From: an uncultured Planctomycetales bacterium
GTDB taxonomy: Bacteria; Omnitrophota; Gorgyraeia; Zapsychrales; JANLHA01
DNA length: 64,000 bases
Direction: 5' to 3'
NCBI GenBank assembly: GCA_964595465.1
Contig: CAZQQI010000001.1
Location: 68,952-132,951, forward strand
The position numbers and the translations under genes were made by a program. The notes under the pieces are model-generated. The model was not told the DNA's origin. It did not search any database and saw nothing but the letters and a program-made list of their open reading frames with translations. Positions 1 through 9,479 of this stretch are shown here, piece after piece (position 1 is the first letter of the stretch; each line of letters begins with the position of its first letter).

Positions 1-1399
1 AATCCAGCAAAGCTTGAGCGCGTTTTTTTGTCTTGGCCTCGGCATAGACCCGGACCAGCGGTTCCGTCCCCGAAGGGCGCAGCATGACCCAGCTTTCGTC
101 CTCACATTCCAGCTTGACCCCGTCAAAATCCTTGACCTCAACAACCTTTTTCCCCAGCACCGTTTTAATGGCCCGGAATTTAGAGATATCGGGCTTTTTC
201 TGGCCGATCTTCAGCGCCACGTTGCGCAAGGTATAATAATACCGCCCGAATTCCTGCTCCATCTCCTGAACGATCTGCTTGATATCTTTTTTCTGGTAGA
301 CCATCATCTCCAGAAGCAGTAATCCGGCCAGGGTGCCGTCACGTTCAGGAATATAATCCTGCAGGCCCATCCCTCCGGCCTCCTCTCCGCCGGCAATGAT
401 CTGCTCATTGATCATCAGGTCCGAGATATATTTGAACCCGACAGGAGTTTCGTAAAGCTTCAGCCCCAGCTTGGCAGCGATATTATCGATCATTTTGGTC
501 CCGCAAATCGTTTTGACCACCCCGCCCTTACGGCCGCGGTTGCGCGCCAGATGCAGGATCAGCAAGCCCAGGATCTTCTGCGGATGGATAAACTCTCCTC
601 CCGGGGCAACGGCAGCAATACGGTCGGCATCGCCGTCCAGGACCAATCCCAGATCAAATTTCTCTTTCTTGACCCGCTCAATGATGCCCGGCAGATACTG
701 GACCACCGGTTCGGGCTTTTTGCCGTCAAAATACGGATTGATATCCTCACGCATCAGCGTCAGACGGATCTTGGTGCCCTTCAGAACCTTGGTGATCAGA
801 TCACTCCCGCTGCCGTGCATCACGTCCTGAATGACCTTAAAACGGGAATTCTTGATCTTCTTCAGATCAATATAGCTGCGCATGAATTTTAAATAAGAAG
901 GATTGAAATCATGTTCCATGACCTTCTTTTTCCGGAGGGCCTCAGCCAGGTCCATGCGTTTGACCGCGCGCGCGTTCAGATAGCTCTCAACTTTATTGGT
1001 AATGTCACGGCCGGCCCCGCCGCCCTCCGCGGTCTTGATCTTAATGCCGTTGAACGAATACGGGTTATGACTTGCCGTGATCATGATCCCGCAGACACAA
1101 TTGTTGTCGGGAACCCCGAACGAGAGCGACGGAGTCGGAACCATTTCGGACGCGAGAAGCACCTTGATATGATTTGCAGCCAAAACCTCTGCCACCAGTT
1201 CGGCGAACTCCCGCGACATAAACCGCGCGTCATATCCCACGGCCACTTTTTTCGTGCCGCGCTTTTTCTTGAGATCTTTTTTGATCCATTCCGCGATCGC
1301 CTGAGAAACCAGACGAACATTTTCAAACGTAAAGGTGTCGGCGATCACCGCCCGCCACCCGTCAGTACCGAATTTGATCTCACTTTTTTTCTTTACCAT
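1..1399 (-). CDS. Phosphoglucomutase/phosphomannomutase (3' end outside window)
   Basis: Absent from the ORF track because it runs off the window. Manual translation from ATG at 1399 gives MVKKKSEIKFGTDGWRAVIADTFTF, with ITASHNP (phospho-Ser) and DGDADR metal-binding motifs. Confidence 0.92.
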   Translation of the reverse strand, partial: MVKKKSEIKFGTDGWRAVIADTFTFENVRLVSQAIAEWIKKDLKKKRGTKKVAVGYDARFMSREFAELVAEVLAANHIKVLLASEMVPTPSLSFGVPDNNCVCGIMITASHNPYSFNGIKIKTAEGGGAGRDITNKVESYLNARAVKRMDLAEALRKKKVMEHDFNPSYLKFMRSYIDLKKIKNSRFKVIQDVMHGSGSDLITKVLKGTKIRLTLMREDINPYFDGKKPEPVVQYLPGIIERVKKEKFDLGLVLDGDADRIAAVAPGGEFIHPQKILGLLILHLARNRGRKGGVVKTICGTKMIDNIAAKLGLKLYETPVGFKYISDLMINEQIIAGGEEAGGMGLQDYIPERDGTLAGLLLLEMMVYQKKDIKQIVQEMEQEFGRYYYTLRNVALKIGQKKPDISKFRAIKTVLGKKVVEVKDFDGVKLECEDESWVMLRPSGTEPLVRVYAEAKTKKRAQALLD

Positions 1400-1429
1400 A
1401 CGGATATCCTTTCCTGATCGTTCAGGGCG

Positions 1430-2014
1430 TCATACGTCTCGTTTATGATACAAATCATGATCTTCAATATACCGAAAAACATCTTCCGGCACAAGATACT
1501 TTATGGTTTTTCCTTCTCTTAAACGCCGACGGATATAAGAAGAAGAGATGTCGATCCCGGGCATGGTCACCGAATGATGCGGGATCCCGGGATCGCAATT
1601 ATCATGACCCGGCCGGTTAACCACCACGAAGGAAACGATCTTCAGGATCTCATCGATCTCCCGCCAAGCTTGCAGATGAGTCGCGCTGTCACCCCCGACA
1701 ATAAAAAATAATTTCGCATCCTGCGATAAGGTGTTTTGAAAATGCCGCACCGTATTGATCGTGTAGGACTTTCCTCCCCGGAGCACTTCAAAGTCCGAAA
1801 CAGAAAACTTAGGATCCCCGCCTACAGCCCGGCGGACCATTTCCAAACGGTGATGGGCCGGGGCCAGATAGGTCAAATTTTTATGCGGAGGACGGGACGA
1901 AGGGACAAAGATCACGCGATCCAGAGACATCCTCTCCTGGGCCACCTCAGCGATCGCCAGATGACCGATATGCAGAGGATTAAATGTTCCGCCGAGTATT
2001 CCGATACGCTCCAT
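1430..2014 (-). CDS. nadD: Nicotinate-nucleotide adenylyltransferase
   Basis: GILGGTFNPLHIGH, SYTINT and ISSS motifs; start taken at MERIG. Confidence 0.95.
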   Translation of the reverse strand: MERIGILGGTFNPLHIGHLAIAEVAQERMSLDRVIFVPSSRPPHKNLTYLAPAHHRLEMVRRAVGGDPKFSVSDFEVLRGGKSYTINTVRHFQNTLSQDAKLFFIVGGDSATHLQAWREIDEILKIVSFVVVNRPGHDNCDPGIPHHSVTMPGIDISSSYIRRRLREGKTIKYLVPEDVFRYIEDHDLYHKRDV

Positions 2015-2061
2015 AACACAATCACCCATCACCCGGTTACCGTCCGGGACACTGATACAGG

Positions 2062-3321
2062 TTATTCCCGGATCTGTCCTTTTCCGCGGACGACATACTT
2101 ATATGTCGTCAGATCATTAAGACCCATAGGCCCGCGGGCATGCAGTTTGTCTGTGCTGATGCCGACCTCTGCTCCGAAACCGAATTCATACCCGTCGGTA
2201 AACCGGGTAGAAGCATTCACATAAAGTGTAGACGAATCAACGGATTTAAAGAACAGCTCCGCTTCGTTTTTATTATCCGTAATAATGGCATCGGAATGAC
2301 CGGAACCGTAACTATTAATATGTTCAACCGCCTCGTCCAGGGAATCGACTACCCGCACCGCCAGGACCAGGTCAAGATATTCCCGGGGCCAGTCGGCCTT
2401 TTTCGCTGCCTTGACTCCTGCCTTTACGATCCTGCGGGTTGCCGGACACCCGCGGACCTCGACTCCGGCTTCCCTGAGATCTTTCACGATCCCCGGCAGG
2501 AAACGGACCGCAGCATCGCGGTGGACCAGCATGGTTTCCATAGCGTTACACACACCGGGGCGCTGAACCTTGGCATTGAGACAGATCTTGTGGGCCTTGT
2601 TCAAATCAGCGTATTCGCTGACATAGGTGTGGCAGACCCCCTTATCATGCTTAACCACCGGTATGCGCGAGTTTTCGGAAACGAAGCGGATCAGGCCTTC
2701 CCCGCCGCGCGGAACGATCAGGTCGACATACTCATTCAGGGTCAGCATTTCATGGACCGCAGCCCGGTCCGTCGACGGGATCAGCTGGATCACGTCCGGT
2801 GAAATATCCGTTTCTTTCAATGCCTTGCGCAAAAGAGAAAAGATCGCACGGTTGGAATGATACGCCTCTTTTCCGCCCTTCAAAATACAAGCGTTGCCGG
2901 ACTTCAGACACAACCCGGCACAGTCACTGGTCACATTCGGCCTGGACTCATAAATAATTCCGATAACCCCGATAGGTGTACGCACTTTACTTATCTTCAA
3001 ACCATTGGGGCGGGTGAAGGCCTCGATCAGACTGTCGACCGGGTCCTTTAATTTGGCCGTATCCCGCAGACATTCCGCCATGCCGCGGATGCGCTTATCC
3101 GTCAATAACAGCCGGTCCAGCAAGGCCTTTGACAATCCGGCCTTTTCTCCGGCCGCCATATCTTTGGCATTCGCGCGGATCAAAAAATTTCTTTCCGCCG
3201 TGATCTGTTTCGCCATCAGGCGCAGGGCCTTGTTCTTTTCAGATGTTTTGCTGACCGCCAGCGAACGGGAGGCCTTCTTTGCCGCCCGGGCCATCAATAG
3301 AATTTTCGATCGTTTTGCCAT
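2062..3321 (-). CDS. proA: Gamma-glutamyl phosphate reductase
   Basis: IGIIYESRPNVT, CNAMETMLVH, NASTRFTDG and GISTDKLHARGPMG motifs. Confidence 0.97.
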   Translation of the reverse strand: MAKRSKILLMARAAKKASRSLAVSKTSEKNKALRLMAKQITAERNFLIRANAKDMAAGEKAGLSKALLDRLLLTDKRIRGMAECLRDTAKLKDPVDSLIEAFTRPNGLKISKVRTPIGVIGIIYESRPNVTSDCAGLCLKSGNACILKGGKEAYHSNRAIFSLLRKALKETDISPDVIQLIPSTDRAAVHEMLTLNEYVDLIVPRGGEGLIRFVSENSRIPVVKHDKGVCHTYVSEYADLNKAHKICLNAKVQRPGVCNAMETMLVHRDAAVRFLPGIVKDLREAGVEVRGCPATRRIVKAGVKAAKKADWPREYLDLVLAVRVVDSLDEAVEHINSYGSGHSDAIITDNKNEAELFFKSVDSSTLYVNASTRFTDGYEFGFGAEVGISTDKLHARGPMGLNDLTTYKYVVRGKGQIRE

Positions 3322-3364
3322 AATTGTCCCCCGCGTACCACGTTTTTACGCGTTTAAAATTTTT

Positions 3365-3622
3365 GAATCTTTGAAAAAATAAATAGGCATGACGGATACG
3401 GCAATGCTTCCGTGTGCAATTTTGCAGCCGAATGGCTCATGAAGATGGGGAGGGACGCGTTCGCTCAAACACCCTCCCGAACGTTTTTCTAATGAATCGT
3501 TCGGTTCGGAACTCGCTCTGCGCGTCCCTCTTCATCTTTTTTATCACCATTCAAGCAGAAACTCTTTAAATACGAAACATCACATTATCCTTTGTTTTAC
3601 CCACGCAAAAGTTCATAGAGCC
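3365..3622. mobile_element. MITE-like element, copy 1 (258 bp), between proB and proA
   Basis: Alignable end to end with 28931-29189. Ends GAATCTTTGAA...TTCATAGAGCC form an imperfect TIR. Flanks AAATTTTT/GAATTTTT give a 7/8 direct repeat. Long internal hairpin. Confidence 0.75.
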
Positions 3623-3629
3623 GAATTTT

Positions 3630-4718
3630 TTATCGCTTACATAATACCAGATGATCACGGTGGATCACCTCACGCCGCCCTTTACGCTCACGAATTTTAT
3701 GCAGGTCCCCGACGGAATAGGCCGTGATCCCGCGGGCGATCTCCTGGCGTTCCGAGTTGCAGACCACAACCACATCCCCGGCCTTAAAATGCCCTTCCCA
3801 TTCGGTCACCCCCGGAAGAAGAAGGCTCTTCCCGCCTTTTAACAGGGCCTGTTCCGCCCCTTGATCCACGATCAGAACTCCTTTGGGACGCGCACCGAAA
3901 GAGATCCAGTGTTTGCGGGAAAGCAGGGACTCCTCTTTCTCCAAAAATAATGTGCCGATCGGCTCTCCCTTAAGGACCCGCGTCAGAACATCCCGTGATT
4001 CTCCATGAGCGATCACACAGGGCGTACGCGATTCCACCGCCACCTTGATGGCCTCCAGTTTTCCCGGCATCCCTCCACGGGATGTCTGCTTTTGGGGTGT
4101 TCCGAAGGCAAGCGCCTCAATGTCCCGGGTGATCTCGCGGACTTCCTTAAAAAAGATCTTTTTACCGTCTTCGTATTTATACAGGCCTTCCACATCCGAT
4201 AACAGCAGGAGAAGGTCGGCATGGACCGCTCCGGCCACTAAAGCGGACAGCTTATCATTATCCCCAAAACGGATCTCATCAGTGGAAATGGTATCATTCT
4301 CGTTAATGATCGGAACTACGCCGCGCTCGAGCAGGGCATTTAATGTCCTCCGGGCGTTGTTATACCTGCGGCGGTCATCAAAATCTTCCCAGGTCAAAAG
4401 GACCTGCGCACAGCGAGTGCGGGTCTTGCGGAAGATCTCACTGTAGGTTCTCATGAGAACCGTCTGTCCGATCGCGGCCAGGGCCTGCAGGCTGGACAGG
4501 TCTGCCGGACGCCGCTTCAGGCCAAGTTCGCCCATTCCCAAAACAATGGCGCCGGAACTGACAAAGACGACCTCCACCCCGCTGCGCCGGGCGCGGGCCA
4601 TCTGTTCCAGCAGAGAACGCAGACGGGCGGCGCGCGGTTTCAGACGGTAATTAGCGATCACTCCTGATCCGACTTTCACAACAACACGTTTAATTTTTTT
4701 CGGGAACCTCTTGGTCAT
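3630..4718 (-). CDS. proB: Glutamate 5-kinase with PUA domain
   Basis: VVVKVGS, VSSGA, IINENDT and FGDNDKLSA motifs; C-terminal PUA domain. Confidence 0.97.
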   Translation of the reverse strand: MTKRFPKKIKRVVVKVGSGVIANYRLKPRAARLRSLLEQMARARRSGVEVVFVSSGAIVLGMGELGLKRRPADLSSLQALAAIGQTVLMRTYSEIFRKTRTRCAQVLLTWEDFDDRRRYNNARRTLNALLERGVVPIINENDTISTDEIRFGDNDKLSALVAGAVHADLLLLLSDVEGLYKYEDGKKIFFKEVREITRDIEALAFGTPQKQTSRGGMPGKLEAIKVAVESRTPCVIAHGESRDVLTRVLKGEPIGTLFLEKEESLLSRKHWISFGARPKGVLIVDQGAEQALLKGGKSLLLPGVTEWEGHFKAGDVVVVCNSERQEIARGITAYSVGDLHKIRERKGRREVIHRDHLVLCKR

Positions 4719-5703
4719 GGTTTGTCACCTGTTGGGATTGATCCAGAAGATCATACAGGGTGTCTACCAAAGCCGGGACATTTTCCGCGGTCTCGGCCGA
4801 TATCTCATAGACATCTTCATTGGGAAAAGATCCGCGGAAACGGCCAATATTTTCCCGGGCCGCCGGCAGGTCCATTTTATTCGCCACGACCAGCCGTGAC
4901 TTGGCCATAAGATCATCACTGTAGGCATTGAGTTCTTCGCTGATCTGACGGTAGTCGTCCAAAGGATCACGGCCTTCACTCCCGGCCATATCGATCATAT
5001 GCACCAGCACACGCGTCCGCTCAGCATGCTTAAGAAAACGATCACCCAACCCGCGGCCTAGATGAGCCCCTTCGATAAGGCCGGGGAGGTCCGCAACAAT
5101 AAATATCTCGCCGTCATCACGCTGAACCACGCCCAGAACAGGCTGACGGGTCGTAAACGGATAGCAGGCGATCCTGGAACGGACTTTGGAGATCTGATTG
5201 ATCAGGGTCGATTTCCCTGCGTTGGGAAACCCGACCAGGCCCACATCCGCGATCAATTTCAGCTGCAGAAAGAGGGTCTTTTCTTCGCCTTGTCCCGGAG
5301 GTGCCGGCGTCTGCCGGTTGTTGTTTCCCAGACCGGCCGAACCTCCACGGGCGACAACCACCCTCTCGCCGGGAGACGTCAGATCACGCAGAACATGACC
5401 GGATGCGGCGTCTTTAACCAATGTCCCGACAGGAACCTTGAGAACACAGTCTTCCCCGCCACGGCCGGTCTTACCCTTACTGCTGCCGTGACCGCCCCGT
5501 TTGGCTTTATAATGCTGTTTGAAGCGGTAATCCAGCAGAGTCTGAATACGGCTGTTGGCTTCAAAGATCACATCCCCGCCCTTGCCGCCGTTCCCGCCAT
5601 CGGGACGCGGATGACGGAAATATTTATTGCGGTAAAAACTTTCACAGCCCTTGCCGCCGTCCCCGGCTTTGACAAAGATCCTGGCTTCGTCCACGAACGC
5701 CAT
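4690..5703 (-). CDS. obgE: GTPase ObgE/CgtA
   Basis: FVDEARI, Gly-rich Obg fold, GFPNAGKST, DLPG and NKMD motifs. Confidence 0.97.
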   Translation of the reverse strand: MAFVDEARIFVKAGDGGKGCESFYRNKYFRHPRPDGGNGGKGGDVIFEANSRIQTLLDYRFKQHYKAKRGGHGSSKGKTGRGGEDCVLKVPVGTLVKDAASGHVLRDLTSPGERVVVARGGSAGLGNNNRQTPAPPGQGEEKTLFLQLKLIADVGLVGFPNAGKSTLINQISKVRSRIACYPFTTRQPVLGVVQRDDGEIFIVADLPGLIEGAHLGRGLGDRFLKHAERTRVLVHMIDMAGSEGRDPLDDYRQISEELNAYSDDLMAKSRLVVANKMDLPAARENIGRFRGSFPNEDVYEISAETAENVPALVDTLYDLLDQSQQVTNHDQEVPEKN

Positions 5704-5716
5704 CATCACATCCTGA

Positions 5717-5742
5717 CAAAAACGGCCGGGATTCCCCGGCCG
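5717..5742 (-). terminator. Intrinsic terminator-like hairpin after rplU
   Basis: Minus strand reads CGGCCGGG-gaat-CCCGGCCG-TTTTT. Confidence 0.6.
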
Positions 5743-5750
5743 GTCCTGAT

Positions 5751-6062
5751 CTACGTATTGATCTTTTTAATCTTAAGCGCCGTCATCCGGCTGCGGTGAC
5801 CTTTTTTCAAGGCCGAATCCTTACGCCGGCGGTATTTAAAAACCACCAGCTTTTCGCCCATAACATCGTTCACGACTTCCGCCTGAACACTGGCCCCTTT
5901 GACCGCAGGCTGTCCGACCTTGACATCCTTATCGCCGCCGACCAGCAAAACCTGATCCAGGGTCACACTCTTGCCCGGCTCTTCTTTGAAATGATCCACG
6001 GGGATCACATCCCCTTCCGAGACACGGTACTGTTTTGACCCAAGCTGTACTATTGCATACAT
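5751..6062 (-). CDS. rplU: 50S ribosomal protein L21
   Basis: MYAIVQLGSKQYRV...KKGHR; Shine-Dalgarno AAGGAGG upstream. Confidence 0.97.
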   Translation of the reverse strand: MYAIVQLGSKQYRVSEGDVIPVDHFKEEPGKSVTLDQVLLVGGDKDVKVGQPAVKGASVQAEVVNDVMGEKLVVFKYRRRKDSALKKGHRSRMTALKIKKINT

Positions 6063-6188
6063 TTTCAAACCTCCTTAAAAACCGGCTAAACCACGTTCGT
6101 GCTTATATTCTGCTTAAAAAATTATAGAAAGAGATACTCCATTAAAGCGGATTTTCAGAAAAAGTCAATGGGATTTTCATTTTTCCCC

Positions 6189-7502
6189 TTAAAAACCCTT
6201 GCGGACCTTGCCGCGCCCGCCGCAGTAAGGACAGGTCGTAAATGAGATCGCCTCCAGGGTTTTACCGGTTCTGGCCCGGGTCATCTCCACCAGGCCGAGT
6301 GATGAGATCCGGTTGACTTCGGTTTTGGCGTAATCCTTGGACAATTCCCGTTTGAGCAATTCCAGAACCTTGCGCTTGTTCGATTCGCGGTTCATATCAA
6401 TAAAGTCGATCACGATAATACCGCCGACATCCCGCAGACGGAGCTGACGGGCGATCTCGGGTGCCGCCGCCATATTGACCGCGCAGGCCGCCTCCTCTGG
6501 AGAACCCTTCATCTTGAATTTACCGCTGTTGACATCTACGACCATAACTCCCTCGGTCTGTTCGATCACAATATGAGCGCCGCCTTTTAAATACAGCCGG
6601 GTATCATAAAGCCTTTCCAGCTGGCGGGACACCCCCTTGGATTCAAACAGCGGCTCTTCCCCCTGATAAAGATGTAGGCGGGAGACATGCTGGCGTCCGA
6701 TCAGATTGGCCACAAATTTCTGGATCTTGTTATAATCTTCTTCCGAATCAATAACCAGCCGATCGATGTCGTCGGTCAGATAATCCCGCACAACTTTCCA
6801 AATAAGATCAAATTCTTTATAAATGATCGACGGAGCGGGCTTTTTTTCTGCCAGCTTGACGATCTGCTGCCAGATCCGGTACAGAAATTTGGCGTCACGG
6901 ACCAACTCGCGTTTGTTTTTTCCCAGCGAAGCTGTCCGGACGATAAATCCTCCGGTCTTGGCAAAGGTGCACTCGTCCAGAACCTCCCGTAAACGTTTGC
7001 GTTCTTCAGCATCACCGATCTTTTTTGAGACACCGCTGTGACGGTCATACGGCATGTAGACCACAAAACGTCCGGCCAATGAGATATGGGTGGTCAAACG
7101 CGCGCCTTTGCGGGAAAAGGGATCCTTGACCACCTGAACCAGGATTTCCTGGCCTTCTTTCAGAGGCAGTTCGTCTTTTTTCCTTTTACGGGGAACAGCT
7201 TTTTTCTGAGGCTTCTGGCCCAAAATCTTCTTCAAAAGCCCTTTGGGACCGGCCTCCTCCGCTTCGAATAAATATGGATTATCCGCATCAGTCAAATATA
7301 AAAATCCGTTGCGCTCCCTGCCGATATTGACGAAGGCCCCGTTGATCGACGGCAGGATCGATTCCACCTTGCCTTTGTAGACATTGCCCAGGATCGACTG
7401 CTGCCGGCCGACTTCAATGGAAAAATCTTCCAGAACCCCCCGATCCGTGATGGCAACCCGTGTTTTGTTGACATCCTTACTGATTAAAATTTCTTTAGTC
7501 AC
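6189..7502 (-). CDS. rng: Ribonuclease E/G family (RNase G-like)
   Basis: S1 domain GNVYKGKV, VDVNSG, GGIIVIDFIDM, GLVEMTR and C-terminal CPYCGG. Confidence 0.93.
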   Translation of the reverse strand: MTKEILISKDVNKTRVAITDRGVLEDFSIEVGRQQSILGNVYKGKVESILPSINGAFVNIGRERNGFLYLTDADNPYLFEAEEAGPKGLLKKILGQKPQKKAVPRKRKKDELPLKEGQEILVQVVKDPFSRKGARLTTHISLAGRFVVYMPYDRHSGVSKKIGDAEERKRLREVLDECTFAKTGGFIVRTASLGKNKRELVRDAKFLYRIWQQIVKLAEKKPAPSIIYKEFDLIWKVVRDYLTDDIDRLVIDSEEDYNKIQKFVANLIGRQHVSRLHLYQGEEPLFESKGVSRQLERLYDTRLYLKGGAHIVIEQTEGVMVVDVNSGKFKMKGSPEEAACAVNMAAAPEIARQLRLRDVGGIIVIDFIDMNRESNKRKVLELLKRELSKDYAKTEVNRISSLGLVEMTRARTGKTLEAISFTTCPYCGGRGKVRKGF

Positions 7503-7564
7503 TCTGTTCTCCTCATGGATAAATGGGTAAATAAAATATGTTCGTCAAAAAATCTTTTTGACAT

Positions 7565-7696
7565 GCCGGATCGTTCATACACAAAGACATAGCACGTTGT
7601 CTTCTTATGAAAGAATCCGGGCCGCACGCAGCACAGCACGGGACGCTCAAACTGCGTCCCGTGTCTGCTCAAAGCGCGCTGAAAAACGAATCCGGC
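7565..7696. repeat. REP-like multi-hairpin element abutting the pilQ stop codon
   Basis: Outer IR GCCGGATCGTT...AACGAATCCGGC. Inner perfect 10-bp stem CACGGGACGC-tcaaact-GCGTCCCGTG shares the GGGACGC, CGCTCAAAC and GCGTCCC motifs of the MITE core. Confidence 0.5.
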
Positions 7697-9112
7697 TTAT
7701 TCCCCAGCGAGATCAACGACCTCAGCCTGCGCGGATTTTTCAGACGTGATAATATGCGGTGTCAGGAAGATAAGAAGATCGGTTTTGGTCTTGGTATGAC
7801 TTGAATGCTGAAATAATTTTCCCAACAGCGGAATATCTCCCAAAAACGGCACCTTGGAATTGCTTTCGTTGTCATTATCCGAAATTAATCCTCCGATCAC
7901 CAGGGTCTGGCCGTTCTCGATCATGACCGTGGTCGAAGCCTCCCGTGTCGTGAGTTCCGGAACCCTTGTTCCTTCAACTTTCACTCCGGCATCATCAACG
8001 ATCGCCGTGACCTTAGGGGTCAACTCCAGAGTGACCATTCCCGTACTGTTCACGTGCGGAGTCACTTCAAAAACAACACCGATATCTTTATATTCCCATC
8101 CACTGACCTGCATGGTCGCCTGTTCCTCGTTGTACGTATACGTCGGGAACGGGTACTGCCGGCCCACCACGATCCTGGCCGGCTGATTATCCAGCGTAAC
8201 AATACGCGGATTCGAAAGTGTATTCGTGTTCGACCGCGACTCCAGCGCCTGCAGCACGGCGCTTACCGAGTTAAAATCCAGTGTCCCATACGTAACATAG
8301 CTGGTGTCACTGGATGTATTCCCCGGTAAAAAGGAATTGGTATTCGCGGCATCTTTCCGGAACGGCCAGGTCGTATCCCAAACCGCGCCGTTAGCCGAGA
8401 CCTCCAAACTCCAGTCAATGCCCAGCTTCTCTGTATCGCCCAGGGTAGTCTCGATGATCCGGGCTTCGATCATGACCTGCGGCGTGGTCTGGTCCAGATT
8501 ATCGATAACCTCGGCGATCTGCTCAATATTGCTCTGCGTGTCATGGACGATCAAGGCATTGGTGCGCTCATCATAATTGACCCGCCCCCGTTCGCTGACC
8601 ATCTTCTCAACCGATTCGATCACCTTAGCGGCCTTGGCATAATTCAAAAGAAAGGTCCGTGTCATTAACGGCTCCTGCTCAGACAATAGCATAGCCTCAT
8701 CCCGGCGCTTTTTCAAGTTTTCCACAGTTGTCACGGAAATAATGTTGTCGCGCCGGTCGTAGGCGTACCCGTATGTCTCCAGGATCACGTCCAGGGCTTT
8801 GGGCCAGGTCACATCATTCAGCTTGATCGTGACCAATCCGGTCACTTCAGGTCCGGCGACGATATTCACCCCGCTTTTCAGCGAAAGGATACGCAGGACA
8901 TTCTGAATATCCGCCTCATGAAAATCCAGACTGACCCGGTCAGAATCTTCTTTCGGAACTATTTCCGGAACTTCATCAGCAGGCTCTTCTGCCATAACCG
9001 TTTCCGGCTGTGCAGCTTCCTGAACAGGATCCTCCGTCATCTCAGATTGAGCATAGACCGCCGGTGAAAAAACCAGAAAAAAGATCATACCGAATAAATA
9101 GAATTTATTCAT
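7697..9112 (-). CDS. pilQ: Type IV pilus secretin
   Basis: Signal peptide, N0 domain (VSLDFHEADI), QVMIEARIIE and VPFLGDIPLLGKLF; start MNKFY has a strong SD. Confidence 0.92.
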   Translation of the reverse strand: MNKFYLFGMIFFLVFSPAVYAQSEMTEDPVQEAAQPETVMAEEPADEVPEIVPKEDSDRVSLDFHEADIQNVLRILSLKSGVNIVAGPEVTGLVTIKLNDVTWPKALDVILETYGYAYDRRDNIISVTTVENLKKRRDEAMLLSEQEPLMTRTFLLNYAKAAKVIESVEKMVSERGRVNYDERTNALIVHDTQSNIEQIAEVIDNLDQTTPQVMIEARIIETTLGDTEKLGIDWSLEVSANGAVWDTTWPFRKDAANTNSFLPGNTSSDTSYVTYGTLDFNSVSAVLQALESRSNTNTLSNPRIVTLDNQPARIVVGRQYPFPTYTYNEEQATMQVSGWEYKDIGVVFEVTPHVNSTGMVTLELTPKVTAIVDDAGVKVEGTRVPELTTREASTTVMIENGQTLVIGGLISDNDNESNSKVPFLGDIPLLGKLFQHSSHTKTKTDLLIFLTPHIITSEKSAQAEVVDLAGE

Positions 9113-9113
9113 A

Positions 9114-9473
9114 TCACTCCTCCTTTGGTAAGGTGAGATGAATTGTCTCCTCACCCTTTTTCAGCTGAACCTTGGTATCCGAGATCATTCTGACCTCAAA
9201 AAGACCGATGAGGTCTCCTTTTTTCACGATCATGCCGTTGATAATCGCAATAGCCTCCCCCCGGGCATCTGCCATAATCCCCTGCAGGTTCATATCCGAT
9301 ACCGTCAGGTCATGATCATAGTTCAAAATGGTGCCATTACGGGTGATCAGCGGCCAGAACGGATCCCGCTGTCCGTGGTCATCATACTGATACCCGGCAG
9401 AGACCGGCCCCGCCGTCAAAAATCCGGCAGTAACCGCACACAAAAAAAGACAAAACCGTCTCGGCTTCCGCAT
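9114..9473 (-). CDS. PilP-like pilus assembly protein
   Basis: RDPF motif and LQGI...AIING beta domain; lies between pilO and pilQ. Confidence 0.7.
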   Translation of the reverse strand: MRKPRRFCLFLCAVTAGFLTAGPVSAGYQYDDHGQRDPFWPLITRNGTILNYDHDLTVSDMNLQGIMADARGEAIAIINGMIVKKGDLIGLFEVRMISDTKVQLKKGEETIHLTLPKEE

Positions 9474-9479
9474 AGGCTG

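Noticed and set aside
14-1417. Plus-strand ORFs 14-322, 471-830, 551-892 and 911-1417
   Set aside because: Antisense shadows of the minus-strand phosphoglucomutase. The same applies to the many plus-strand ORFs overlapping conserved minus-strand genes across the window.
3365-3622. Possibility that the repeat is an amino-acid T-box or attenuator (it lies next to the pro and aro genes)
   Set aside because: No T-box consensus is visible, the second copy lies downstream of aroA, and the TIRs plus target duplications favour a mobile element.
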